This document shows positions 1 to 9,544 of a stretch of 64,000 nt of DNA, piece after piece (the first letter of the stretch is position 1; the number at the start of each line of letters is the position of its first letter). The notes beneath the pieces are model-generated. The model saw nothing but the letters and a program-made list of their open reading frames with translations. It was not told the origin of the DNA and did no database searches. Origin of the DNA: Promethearchaeia archaeon (GTDB taxonomy: Archaea > Asgardarchaeota > Lokiarchaeia > Sigyniarchaeales > SOKP01); assembly GCA_029856125.1 (NCBI GenBank), contig JAHQWJ010000080.1, positions 32,001 through 96,000 of the forward strand, written 5' to 3'. The position numbers and the translations under genes were made by a program.

Positions 1-824
1 TCCTCTTTGTTTTTAGGTAATCCAAACATATCCGCATATTTATCAGTTGTATTTAATTCTGCTGACCTTCCTTTTTTTACCGCTGTTATTAGATCGTTGT
101 CCAAGAGATATTTCACATGCTCGTAAGCGCCACTTCCTCTTAATTTAATTACGGTTGACTTTAAAATTGGCTGTTTCAGAGCAATTACAGTAAGTGTTCT
201 TAAATAGCGCTCAGCAATAGCACCACCTTTAGCGAATTTGGAAACTGTTTCTGTAAGTTCCGGTCTTAGCTGCATTTGATATTTTTCTCCAATTTGGGCG
301 ACAATCAATGCGCCTTCACGGTCTAAATAGTCAAAAGCAACAACATTTACAAGTTCTTCTACTTCTTTTTTTGGGATTTCTAATTTAGTTGATAATTCTT
401 CTACATCCAGAGGTCTACCAGCCGCATAAAGAGCGCCCTCTATTAGATTTCTCCGTAGAACATTTAATTGTAATTCTAATTCTTCTTTCGTGAGTTCTTT
501 AGGTATATGAAATTCAACTGTATCATCTCCTATAACTTCAGTCTCTCGTTCGCTTAAGTTTTCTTCTGAGGGGTCGAGACTCGATGATTCTTCCCCCTCA
601 ATATTTAATTCTTCTTCAATAAACTCTTGGAGATCTTCTTCTTCTTTAAAATCTTGTTTAGGAAAATCTTCTATGGTTTCTTTGGTTTCTAATTCGATCT
701 CAATATCTTCTAAATTCCTTTCTTCTTGAGGAATTTCTTCGGGATTAGTCTCATCTAAAGGTTCTACTTCATTCGTTTCGGCTTCGTATTGATTTTCGTG
801 TTCTTTTTCGTTATTTTCGTTCAG
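1..824 (-). CDS. scpB: Segregation/condensation protein ScpB (KITE) with a long acidic N-terminal extension; C-terminus runs off the window
   Basis: Manual translation: ...RRNLIEGALYAAGRPLDVEEL...KYQMQLRPE...LRTLTVIALKQPILKSTVIKLRGSGAYEHVKYLL...TTDKYADMFGL, typical of ScpB; lies downstream of smc-scpA. The only plausible start is CTG at 824, 6 nt after GGTGA (835-831), with in-frame stops just upstream. Confidence 0.93.
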   Translation of the reverse strand, partial: MNENNEKEHENQYEAETNEVEPLDETNPEEIPQEERNLEDIEIELETKETIEDFPKQDFKEEEDLQEFIEEELNIEGEESSSLDPSEENLSERETEVIGDDTVEFHIPKELTKEELELQLNVLRRNLIEGALYAAGRPLDVEELSTKLEIPKKEVEELVNVVAFDYLDREGALIVAQIGEKYQMQLRPELTETVSKFAKGGAIAERYLRTLTVIALKQPILKSTVIKLRGSGAYEHVKYLLDNDLITAVKKGRSAELNTTDKYADMFGLPKNKE

Positions 825-853
825 TTTCTATCACCAAAAATTAGGATTGTAAT

Positions 854-1858
854 TTAACTTTTTAAATTTATTGAGAAATCTTTAAAATCTTCGTCTTGAA
901 ATAGTTCTAACTTATTCCCTGTTGAGAGGAACATTAAAGCTAAAAACATGCGAACAAAAGCGAACTTCTTACCTATGTCGCTTTTTTCTTCGATATTAAT
1001 AATTTCTGCCATGTCATAAAAGGAGGTTTCTTTATCGTCAAGTTTTATTTTAGTTTTTATTCTGTTAAACCAAGCGTTGTGTAACTCTTCTACAGTTTGT
1101 TCCTTCCCGCTAATGTGTTTTAAAAGTTCTTTTGGCAGTTGCGCTTTAGATTTTTTTTGAATTCGCTGTTCTTTTAATTCATCCCGTCTCATTCTTCTCC
1201 TTTTTAGTTTTTCTTTTTTTTGCATTGTCTCAATTATTGCAGATCTCATAGCGTCAAATAATTCGTCTTTAGTGGAGATTAACATTTTAGGCTGAATAGG
1301 TTGTGGTAAAGATTTGGGTATCGATCTACCGTGCCTTGCCCTGAATTGCGCCAATTCTTCCTTTTTCTGAATCTGTTCTTCATCCCGTATTATGCTAGAG
1401 ATTTTGTAGTGATGTAATACTGCCGAAGTTTTAAGCGCGATTCCAGCAATTTTATAATTAATTAAATCTTCATGAAGCATATTATTGAAGAATTTATCAA
1501 CTAATGAAGCTAGATCGTAAAAGGCTACATTTGATTCCTTCGCGACTTCGGGATCTAAAAGGCTTGAAAAAGGCGGTTTCTGCCAGAACTTTAATTCTAA
1601 CTTTTCTTTATGCAATAATGCGGGATCTTCTTCCTCGCCGGCGACTAACTCTTCTTCCAATACTTCTTCATCCATATCATCTTGAGTTCGGTCTACAAAT
1701 TCTGGATGTGAAGCGATCTTTTCTATAAGTTTAATAATTTCATTTTTTTTTGATTTAGACGGTATCTTTATGTTGTTTTTACTTGCAAATTCCCTAAGTT
1801 GCTTTACAGACCATTCTTTGAAGTTGTATTTTTTCTCTTCACTCTCATTTTCTGGAAC
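854..1858 (-). CDS. scpA: Kleisin ScpA, probably with a 61-aa N-terminal extension carrying a HeH/SAP/Rho-N-like domain
   Basis: Lies between smc and scpB; kleisin N motif (DLASLVDKF...NYKIAGIALKTSAVLHHYK) and C-terminal wHTH (VRMFLALMFLSTGNKLELFQDEDFKDF). The frame stays open upstream of ATG 1675 to GTT 1858, 6 nt after AGGTGT. The start position is inferred. Confidence 0.88.
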   Translation of the reverse strand, partial: VPENESEEKKYNFKEWSVKQLREFASKNNIKIPSKSKKNEIIKLIEKIASHPEFVDRTQDDMDEEVLEEELVAGEEEDPALLHKEKLELKFWQKPPFSSLLDPEVAKESNVAFYDLASLVDKFFNNMLHEDLINYKIAGIALKTSAVLHHYKISSIIRDEEQIQKKEELAQFRARHGRSIPKSLPQPIQPKMLISTKDELFDAMRSAIIETMQKKEKLKRRRMRRDELKEQRIQKKSKAQLPKELLKHISGKEQTVEELHNAWFNRIKTKIKLDDKETSFYDMAEIINIEEKSDIGKKFAFVRMFLALMFLSTGNKLELFQDEDFKDFSINLKS

Positions 1859-1884
1859 GATTATACACCTTAAGTTTTTAATTT

Positions 1885-4800
1885 TTAATTTTCTTCAATA
1901 GTAGGAGGCACATCTGGAAGTTCGAGTAACCTTTTCGCTTCTTCTTCTAAATCGACACTAAAAATGTCGGTGATTCCGCTTTGTTGCATGGAAACACCGT
2001 ATATGCGATCTGCGTTAACTATATTCTCTTCACGATGACTTATCACCAAAAATTGCGCTTGTCTGGCAAATTCTTTAATTACCATACTTACTCTATGAAC
2101 ATTGGGACCATCTAAGGCAGCATCTATCTCGTCCATAATATAAAATGGCGCAGGATAAAATTCTTGAACCGCAAAAATAAATGACAAAGCAACGAGTGTT
2201 TTTTCTCCGCCACTCAATATTTCTAAACTGGAAATACGCTTCCCACGGGGTCTAGCTTCGATACTACATCCTCCTTCAAAAGGTTTATCTGGTCTATCGA
2301 GAATCATTTTTGCAGATCCCCCTGGTGAAAGCTTCTGAAATATTCGAGCAAACTCACGATTGATTTCGTGGTAAGCCTTCATGAATGTTCGAGTTTTTTC
2401 CAATTCAATTTTTTCAATAGCATCGAGAATTGCTTTTCTTTCACGTTGTATCGTTTGCCTTCTCATATCTATTTCGTCAAATCTCTCTTTTATAGTATCA
2501 TATTGCGTAATAGCTTTCAAGTTAACTGGTTCCAAAGCTTTTTTCTTGTTGGTAGCTGTAGAAATATCTGATTGTAATCCCGATTCTGAGAGCTCGTCAG
2601 TCACTACGGGCAAAGCACCGTAATCCTTCGATCTCTGATAAAAAGTTTCTATCTGATCTGTAGTAATAATCTTTTTTGATTCAAAATTGTTTAGTTTAGC
2701 ATTTTCCATTGAAAGATCAGAGCGTAGGTCGTTTATTAGTTTCTGATAATTTTTTTGTTTCTGCCAGGATATATCCTTTCCTTGAATCTGTTTATTAATT
2801 TCTTCCTGTTTTACATTCTTTTTGTCTTCTTCTTGTTTTAAATCAGTTTCAATGTTTTCAATATCTTTTACTATTAATTCTATTTGTTTCTCAGTTTCTT
2901 TGATGTCTTGGTTAAGAGAGATTATTTTTTGTTCTCGTTCTTTATTTTTATTTAATTCGTTTAATTTAGCTTGTATTTTTTGAAGATCTTTATTAAATTT
3001 ATTTAATTCTTTTTGAACTTTCTTTTGCGCTTCCAACTCTTTGTTTTTATCTTCTCTTAAAGCATCTATGACTAATTGGATTTCATTGACTTTCTTTTGT
3101 ACCTCATCTACTTGGGTATTAAAACCCTCCATGTCTTGAGCACACTGTTTAATATTTGCGTTAGCTTCCAAGTTTTCCTTAGTTAATTCTTCAATTGAAT
3201 TGATAACCATCATAACATTTTCAAGTGCCCTTAGGTTATCCATTGTACTCTCTAATTTTTTATTTTGGTTACCAATATGAGTTCTTAACTTTTCTGTATT
3301 CTCCCAAAACTTATTTTTTTCTAAAATTTGAGAATCGATTTTTACTGTTAAAGCTTCTTGTTCTAAATTGAGATTTGTAATGTTTTCTTCAGTGTTAATT
3401 ATAATATTTTTCTTATTTTCTATATTTGAATTTAATTCTTGGATATTATTCTCAATATCAATGATTTTTTCATAAAAATTTTGTATTCCCTGCAATTCTT
3501 GAAGTTTTTTATGCAAATCGTCTAATCCTTGCTGTTTTATTTCTATATTTTTCTTGATAGTAGAAACTTTATCCCAGTAGTCCTCTTTGAGTTGTTTTAC
3601 ATTGTTTATTTCTTCATTGAAATTTTCTTTTTGTTTTTCTCCTATAACAGTATTCCTCTGCTTAACCTCAGCTTCAGACTTTTCGATTTTCCCGACCAAT
3701 TCGGTGATTCTTTTATTAACTTCTTCTAATCTCTTATTAGTAACTGATAAATCGTCTGAATCATGCTTTTCTTGAGTATTTATCCGTGTTAAATCTTTTT
3801 CAATTTGGTTTAGATCCAGAGTTTGAGACGCAATATTTTCAGTGATCTCTTCAAGCTGTTTATATTGCTCTTGTGATTTTGACATAGTGAGTTTTCGCAA
3901 TGATAAGTATACATTCTCAAGAATTTCCATTAAATCTTGAACGAAGCTATCAAAAGTTGATGTAGATTGTTGAATTTCTACGTCAGCACTTTCCTTTACA
4001 GAATCAATTAACTGATCTATCGTTGTGTCAACATTCTCAGTAAAAAGAGTTAATGTCTGAAGTATAGACTTAAGAGTTTCAGACATTTCAGCAACCTCTG
4101 ATTTTTGTTCCGCTTCTGCTTCAGCTTCAGAGCTTACATCTTCAACCGTCTTCATAATATCGATAATATCAAGGACAAATTGTTTAAAGTTAACCCCTGA
4201 CGTCTCAATTGCCTCAGCATTAGACTGTTGAATGTTGCTCTTGATAGATTCGACGGAAATATTGATATTCTGAGTGAGCATGTTCAGTATTTGCAGGATT
4301 CCTGTTATATCTTCAGTATTTCTTTCGTATTCTTTTTCTGTATTTTCAATTTTAGCTAATAAATTATTTTTTTCAGTAGTTAGCTCTCCTATTCGTCTTT
4401 GAATATTATCTTTTCTTTTATTAAGCCCTTCTGATTCAGAGCTATTTTTAGTTAAATTTGCGTTTAGAGTTGACGATTTTAATTCTAAATCTTGTTTTTC
4501 CCTCTCAAGATTGGTCGATTCTTTTTTTAATAGATTTAACCTCGTATTAATATTATCAATTTTGGTTCTGTTATCATTAATTTCTGATTCAATAGAATCT
4601 TGTTTCATTAACAATAATTCTAATTCTTGTTCATTTTTTCTATAAATAGAATCTTCATCTTTTAATTGTTGTCGATAACTGTTTAATTCATTAGTTAGAG
4701 TATCTTTTTCCCTTAATAGCTCTTTTAACGCCTCTTCTGTGTCTTTCCCTTTACTTAATTCTTTGATTTTTTCTTCAGTTTTGATTTTATCTACATTCAA

Positions 4801-6354
4801 CTTTTCTATCCTATCGGAGTTCATCTTAATCTCTGTAGTTAGTGACGATAACATAGATTTGAAATCTGCAGACTTTGAATTAAGATTGTTCTTATCTTCT
4901 TGTAGGGTTACGATAATTTTCTCTAGATCTTGTTGATTTTCGTTCTCTTTTGAGATTTTTATATTTAAGTCATTAATTTCTTTTCTTGTTGCTTCAGCCT
5001 CACTCTTTGTATTAGCTATTGCATCTTCAATGCTTTCTGATTCTCCTTTTAATTTGCTAAGATCCAGTTCTAATTTCTGTTTTTTTTCTTCGTTTTTTTT
5101 AATATTCTTTTTCAGAATTTTAATTTGAGCTTTATTCGATGAAATACTTTGCTTTATAACGGAGATTTCTCCATTAAATCCTGTTTTTCCATCGTTTTGT
5201 TCTTTAATTTTTGCGTCAATGTCAGCTTGTTTTTGGTGTTTACTTTCTATTTCTGCTTTTGATGCTTCAATTTGACTTTCTGTATCTGCTACAACTTTCA
5301 TTTCTGATTCAATTAAAGAATCAAATGTTTGGCCTTCATCAAGAACCATCTGCAATTTTTCCAAAGTATTAATTTCTTGAGAAATTTTTTCAATTGACTT
5401 ATTTGCGAGGGTTAAAGACGTTTTATTTGAAGATTGTTGCGTTTTAAGTTGAGTGATTTTTTCAGTGATGATTTCTCTTTCTTTTTCTTTTTCAGTTATG
5501 TTTTTTTGTATATTTTCCATAACTAATGATTCTTGTTTTAAAATATCATCTTGTCTTGTTAATTTTTCTTTTAATTCTTCTAAGATTGTATTAGATTCTT
5601 CAATACTTTTTTCTAGATCATTTTCTTCCTTCCTTAATTTCTCTATCTTTAATGCTATCAATTGAGCGTTGTATAAGTCGATTTGTTCATCTAACTCTTT
5701 CCATGCCAAAGCATCATTCTTTTCTTTTTCTACTTTTTTTAATTGAGAGGAAACTTCTTTGAAAATTGCTTCAAATTGGCCTAGATCTCTTTCAGCCTTT
5801 TCTAGTTCCTTCATAGTTCCATCCTTCATTTCATCGTATTTCTGTAGGCCAATAAGATCTTCTATAAATATTCTGCGTGCTACCGGATTCATGTGAGTTA
5901 ATTCTACGATTTTCCCTTGTAGAACGAATTGATTACTTCCATCAGGATCTACATTTGCAGCTGCAAGAGCATTAAGAATCTGAGTTCTAGTAGATTTTTT
6001 GCCGTTCATTTTATATCCTCCGCCCCCTCCTCGTTGAATTGTTCGAGTAACTTCGAATGTTTCTGTTCCACCTGGGAAAATTTCCTCTGAGTTATCGAAA
6101 TATAATGTGACCGAAGCTCTGTTTGAAGGGTTTTTACCTCGGGATCCCGCAAAAATCAAATCTTCAAGACTCTTAGCTCTCATAGTTTTTTTGCTCAGTC
6201 TACCTAAAGCAAATGTTAAAGCGTCAATAATGTTAGATTTTCCTGCGCCGTTAGGGCCTACTATACAAGTAAATCCGCTCGAAAGCCTAAGAGTAACAGT
6301 TCTGTCACCGAATGATTTAAATCCGGTCATAGAAATTTTTTTGATGTAGGTCAA
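1885..6354 (-). CDS. smc: SMC ATPase, 1489 aa, elongated arms, no canonical hinge
   Basis: GFKSF, Walker A GPNGAGKSN, R-loop MRAKSL, Q-loop VLQG, PVNLKAI, signature LSGGEKT, Walker B/D-loop IMDEIDAALD, H-loop ISHR; first gene of the smc-scpA-scpB operon. Confidence 0.96.
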   Translation of the reverse strand: MTYIKKISMTGFKSFGDRTVTLRLSSGFTCIVGPNGAGKSNIIDALTFALGRLSKKTMRAKSLEDLIFAGSRGKNPSNRASVTLYFDNSEEIFPGGTETFEVTRTIQRGGGGGYKMNGKKSTRTQILNALAAANVDPDGSNQFVLQGKIVELTHMNPVARRIFIEDLIGLQKYDEMKDGTMKELEKAERDLGQFEAIFKEVSSQLKKVEKEKNDALAWKELDEQIDLYNAQLIALKIEKLRKEENDLEKSIEESNTILEELKEKLTRQDDILKQESLVMENIQKNITEKEKEREIITEKITQLKTQQSSNKTSLTLANKSIEKISQEINTLEKLQMVLDEGQTFDSLIESEMKVVADTESQIEASKAEIESKHQKQADIDAKIKEQNDGKTGFNGEISVIKQSISSNKAQIKILKKNIKKNEEKKQKLELDLSKLKGESESIEDAIANTKSEAEATRKEINDLNIKISKENENQQDLEKIIVTLQEDKNNLNSKSADFKSMLSSLTTEIKMNSDRIEKLNVDKIKTEEKIKELSKGKDTEEALKELLREKDTLTNELNSYRQQLKDEDSIYRKNEQELELLLMKQDSIESEINDNRTKIDNINTRLNLLKKESTNLEREKQDLELKSSTLNANLTKNSSESEGLNKRKDNIQRRIGELTTEKNNLLAKIENTEKEYERNTEDITGILQILNMLTQNINISVESIKSNIQQSNAEAIETSGVNFKQFVLDIIDIMKTVEDVSSEAEAEAEQKSEVAEMSETLKSILQTLTLFTENVDTTIDQLIDSVKESADVEIQQSTSTFDSFVQDLMEILENVYLSLRKLTMSKSQEQYKQLEEITENIASQTLDLNQIEKDLTRINTQEKHDSDDLSVTNKRLEEVNKRITELVGKIEKSEAEVKQRNTVIGEKQKENFNEEINNVKQLKEDYWDKVSTIKKNIEIKQQGLDDLHKKLQELQGIQNFYEKIIDIENNIQELNSNIENKKNIIINTEENITNLNLEQEALTVKIDSQILEKNKFWENTEKLRTHIGNQNKKLESTMDNLRALENVMMVINSIEELTKENLEANANIKQCAQDMEGFNTQVDEVQKKVNEIQLVIDALREDKNKELEAQKKVQKELNKFNKDLQKIQAKLNELNKNKEREQKIISLNQDIKETEKQIELIVKDIENIETDLKQEEDKKNVKQEEINKQIQGKDISWQKQKNYQKLINDLRSDLSMENAKLNNFESKKIITTDQIETFYQRSKDYGALPVVTDELSESGLQSDISTATNKKKALEPVNLKAITQYDTIKERFDEIDMRRQTIQRERKAILDAIEKIELEKTRTFMKAYHEINREFARIFQKLSPGGSAKMILDRPDKPFEGGCSIEARPRGKRISSLEILSGGEKTLVALSFIFAVQEFYPAPFYIMDEIDAALDGPNVHRVSMVIKEFARQAQFLVISHREENIVNADRIYGVSMQQSGITDIFSVDLEEEAKRLLELPDVPPTIEEN

Positions 6355-6471
6355 TTTTGAATCGCCATTTCATTCATTCTTTTATAAAATAAAGTATGAT
6401 TTCATCTATTTATATACTCGGGATATGAATGTTAGGATTCTTGTTTTTAATATTTTTTAAAATAAAAAAAA

Positions 6472-7656
6472 TTAGTGTTTGGTGAAAATAGCATCCATGA
6501 TAGGCTTTAGTTGCTTTGGGTTTATAACCATAAAGTAGTAATCGTAATTCAAGACATTGTCGTTAAAGTATCGAAAATTATTTATATCATTTTTTTTTGA
6601 AGCGTTTAATATCCCGATATTGCGTAAATTAACGATTAAATGCTTAAATTCCTCTATATCCTTTGTATAATCTAATGATTCACATGTTACATGATACAAT
6701 TCTCTTAATTCCCCGATAGTTATATAAAGATTTGCTTTTTTTAGAAAATAATTAGATAAATTATCCAGAAAAATCAGGTTTAACAGATCTGATTCTGAGA
6801 TATAGCTTATCATACTAAATTCATCTGTAATTTGAAGCGTGTCAAATTGGCTTTGAAGAATATCATAAATCTCGAACTTTTTTAAAGTCATTTTTTGATT
6901 TAAAACAGGATAAAGCTCTCTCAAAATTTCAATACCTTTTCCTGGAACAGGTACGTGGTGCTCGAAAATTAAATCAGTAATTAAATCTATTAACTCTTTA
7001 TCGATTTCATTGAAGAACGCCAAAGAAATTCTTTGCTTTATAATATCGTTAAGCTCGGAGAATGAAAAGTAGTCTAATTTCTTTTTAAAGTCAAATTCGC
7101 TCAAAATCTCCAGGATTGACGATCTTAATACTTGATTACCAGTAGATATTACGTTAATTTTGTTTTCTTTGCCGTATTTTAAAAATTTTCTAAAAGTCTC
7201 TGGTTGTATGTGTTCAATATTATTAAACACTAGAGTTATATTATGATCTACTTTTCTACATACAAGCTTAAACAAGTTCCATAAATCCAAGATAGAAGAA
7301 TTTAGAAACGAATTATAATCAAAATTGATGTTCTTTTTCCTTCCAACTTCAGCTATTAACGAAACTAATATCTCTTCCACAGTTTTTTCAGCGCAATCAA
7401 TTTGGATTTTTATAAGTTCAGTATTTAAAGTAGAAATATCGTTCAAGACCTTGTTTACAATAACTTTTTTCCCAATTCCTTGTAAACCAGAAAATAATAT
7501 ATTTAGTTGAAATTCATCTAGTATTGAATCTTTAAGAATTGAATAAAGCGATTTTTCTTCTGATTTTCGATGTAATATTTTAGGGGGGATATATGATTGA
7601 TCAAATAACGCTCTTGGACCAACGAATTCACTATTTATCCTTTGTGGAGAAATCAT
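6472..7656 (-). CDS. Orc1/Cdc6-like AAA+ protein with degenerate ATPase motifs
   Basis: N-terminal FDQSYIPPKILHRKSE typical of Orc1/Cdc6; Walker A GLQGIGKK (no T/S), Walker B LVFNNIE (no DE); C-terminal wHTH (ITIGELRELYHVTCESL...LRNIGIL). Confidence 0.8.
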   Translation of the reverse strand: MISPQRINSEFVGPRALFDQSYIPPKILHRKSEEKSLYSILKDSILDEFQLNILFSGLQGIGKKVIVNKVLNDISTLNTELIKIQIDCAEKTVEEILVSLIAEVGRKKNINFDYNSFLNSSILDLWNLFKLVCRKVDHNITLVFNNIEHIQPETFRKFLKYGKENKINVISTGNQVLRSSILEILSEFDFKKKLDYFSFSELNDIIKQRISLAFFNEIDKELIDLITDLIFEHHVPVPGKGIEILRELYPVLNQKMTLKKFEIYDILQSQFDTLQITDEFSMISYISESDLLNLIFLDNLSNYFLKKANLYITIGELRELYHVTCESLDYTKDIEEFKHLIVNLRNIGILNASKKNDINNFRYFNDNVLNYDYYFMVINPKQLKPIMDAIFTKH

Positions 7657-7823
7657 TTTATTTTTTATTTTTTATTTTTTATTATTAGTTTAAAAATTTA
7701 TATTTAAACCCCCCGGGAGATGGGTCATTGGATCTAAAACTGCTCAAATTTAAATTTGAAATTCACTCTGCAAATTGATAAAAAATTAGAACCAATTTTA
7801 AGAAAAGTTTATGTCTTTCTTAT

Positions 7824-8639
7824 TTAATTAGTTTTTCTTATGATAATTTCATTTTTTTCTATAACTTCTTTAAATCTCAATTTTCTCAGTTTTTTTGGAA
7901 ATGCTAAATCAATCTCATCATATATGTATCCACTCGAATCAATGGGGCCTTCAATTACCCTTAGTTTTGAAGGTGATATAAAATCTTTTTCAAACGATAT
8001 TATTTTACTATTTCCTGGGAATTTCCTTTTCATTATAGTTCCAAAAGTGTTACATGCTACAACTGGTATCCTATTTTCTAGAGCTCGAGTTTTTAAATAT
8101 GTTTTCCAATTTAACATCCCCTCTACACTGATTTGCGTAGGAGAAAACAATAAATCAGCCCCGCTTTCTGCAGCTAACCTAGGGGTTTCAAAAAACGCCA
8201 TGTCAAAACAAATTAAAATTGTAAAACTGATTTTTTTAAATGAAAAAACTATTAATTCTTTACCTGGTTCAAAGTTAAGCTTTTCATATGAATAAAGGTG
8301 TATTTTATCTTGTCTATAAATCTCATCTCCATTATTATCAAAGAAATAGCTAGTGATTCTCGGTTTAACCGTATCTTTTCTTTTTTCCCACAGAGCTCCT
8401 GATATTATACCTATTCCGTATTCTTTTGCTAAATTTTTTATAAATTTATAAGTACTTCCCCTTTCTTTTTGAATGTTAAGTTCTTTTTCATTAATAGGTG
8501 ATATCCATCTTTCTGGTAAACATATAATATCACAATTATTGTGGTGTTTAATAAGAGAATTCAATATTTTTTCAACTTCAGAATAACTTTTATCTATTTT
8601 GGGTAAAATTTCTGGTTGAATACAAGCAAGACGTATCAT
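7824..8639 (-). CDS. Carbon-nitrogen hydrolase (nitrilase superfamily)
   Basis: Catalytic triad contexts CLPER, QDKIHL, ICFD; RALEN motif. Confidence 0.92.
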   Translation of the reverse strand: MIRLACIQPEILPKIDKSYSEVEKILNSLIKHHNNCDIICLPERWISPINEKELNIQKERGSTYKFIKNLAKEYGIGIISGALWEKRKDTVKPRITSYFFDNNGDEIYRQDKIHLYSYEKLNFEPGKELIVFSFKKISFTILICFDMAFFETPRLAAESGADLLFSPTQISVEGMLNWKTYLKTRALENRIPVVACNTFGTIMKRKFPGNSKIISFEKDFISPSKLRVIEGPIDSSGYIYDEIDLAFPKKLRKLRFKEVIEKNEIIIRKTN

Positions 8640-9394
8640 TAGGCTTTTCCGATATAAAATTTTTTATTTATTTCATTGATAATATTAAAAAGTTCGTCTA
8701 GCCTTGAAATTTCATAATCAGGTTTGTTTTCCTCAGAAATGGTTTCACCTGTAACATGGATATCATATTTTCCACCACGATGTATGTAAACGCTATGGAT
8801 TTTATTAGATTTAGCAGGTATTATATCTTTGTATAGGTTATCTCCAACATAAAGTGTTTCGTGTCCCTTTACCTTAAATTTCTTTAAACAATAAGAAAAT
8901 AGTTCAGGATTTGGTTTTCTAATTCCAATTTCGTCAGATATTACGACTAAATCAATTAAATCGTCTATTCCAAGGCGTAAAATCTTCTCATATTGTTTGA
9001 TAGGAATTCCATCCGTTATAATAGCAGTTTTAATTGAAGATTTTTTAAGTTTTTCCAAGCAGTTTAAAACATCATCGTAAAGTTGAATATGCTTAATTTT
9101 TTGACTATGGTAAGCCATTACCGCTACTGTGATATATCTAATTTGCTCATTAAAATTTATCGCGTAATTTTCATGCTGGTTTAATCTCCTAATAAAGTAA
9201 TTGTAGTGCTTTGAAGAATTAGAACCATATTCAGCGACGATTTCTTGGATTAAGATCAAGGCTTTTTGCCTCTTAATTTTTAAACCTAAGCTTATCATCG
9301 CATCTATACCCTTAATTCTTGCTCTTTGAGAAAGACCTGTTGAATCGAAAAGGCAGTCATCGAGGTCGAATCCTACAAGTTTTATAGGGCACAT
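8639..9394 (-). CDS. HAD-superfamily hydrolase
   Basis: FDLDDCL motif I, ITDG, KPNP, VGDNLYKDI. Confidence 0.93.
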   Translation of the reverse strand: MCPIKLVGFDLDDCLFDSTGLSQRARIKGIDAMISLGLKIKRQKALILIQEIVAEYGSNSSKHYNYFIRRLNQHENYAINFNEQIRYITVAVMAYHSQKIKHIQLYDDVLNCLEKLKKSSIKTAIITDGIPIKQYEKILRLGIDDLIDLVVISDEIGIRKPNPELFSYCLKKFKVKGHETLYVGDNLYKDIIPAKSNKIHSVYIHRGGKYDIHVTGETISEENKPDYEISRLDELFNIINEINKKFYIGKA

Positions 9395-9544
9395 AAGCTC
9401 TTAGGAAAAACCTTAAATTACATTTAATTGAAATAAATTTATTTATTTTTACGAATATATAACCTTTAATATTAATTTATTCTATGTAAAACTGAAATTA
9501 GTTTGAAGAGATTTTTAAAACTATATATAACGGAGATTCGTTAA

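Noticed and set aside
1504-6349. Short plus-strand ORFs inside smc/scpA, and similar 60-150 aa antisense ORFs across the window
   Set aside because: Antisense shadows of well-supported genes, with F/S/L/I-rich composition and no SD or motifs.
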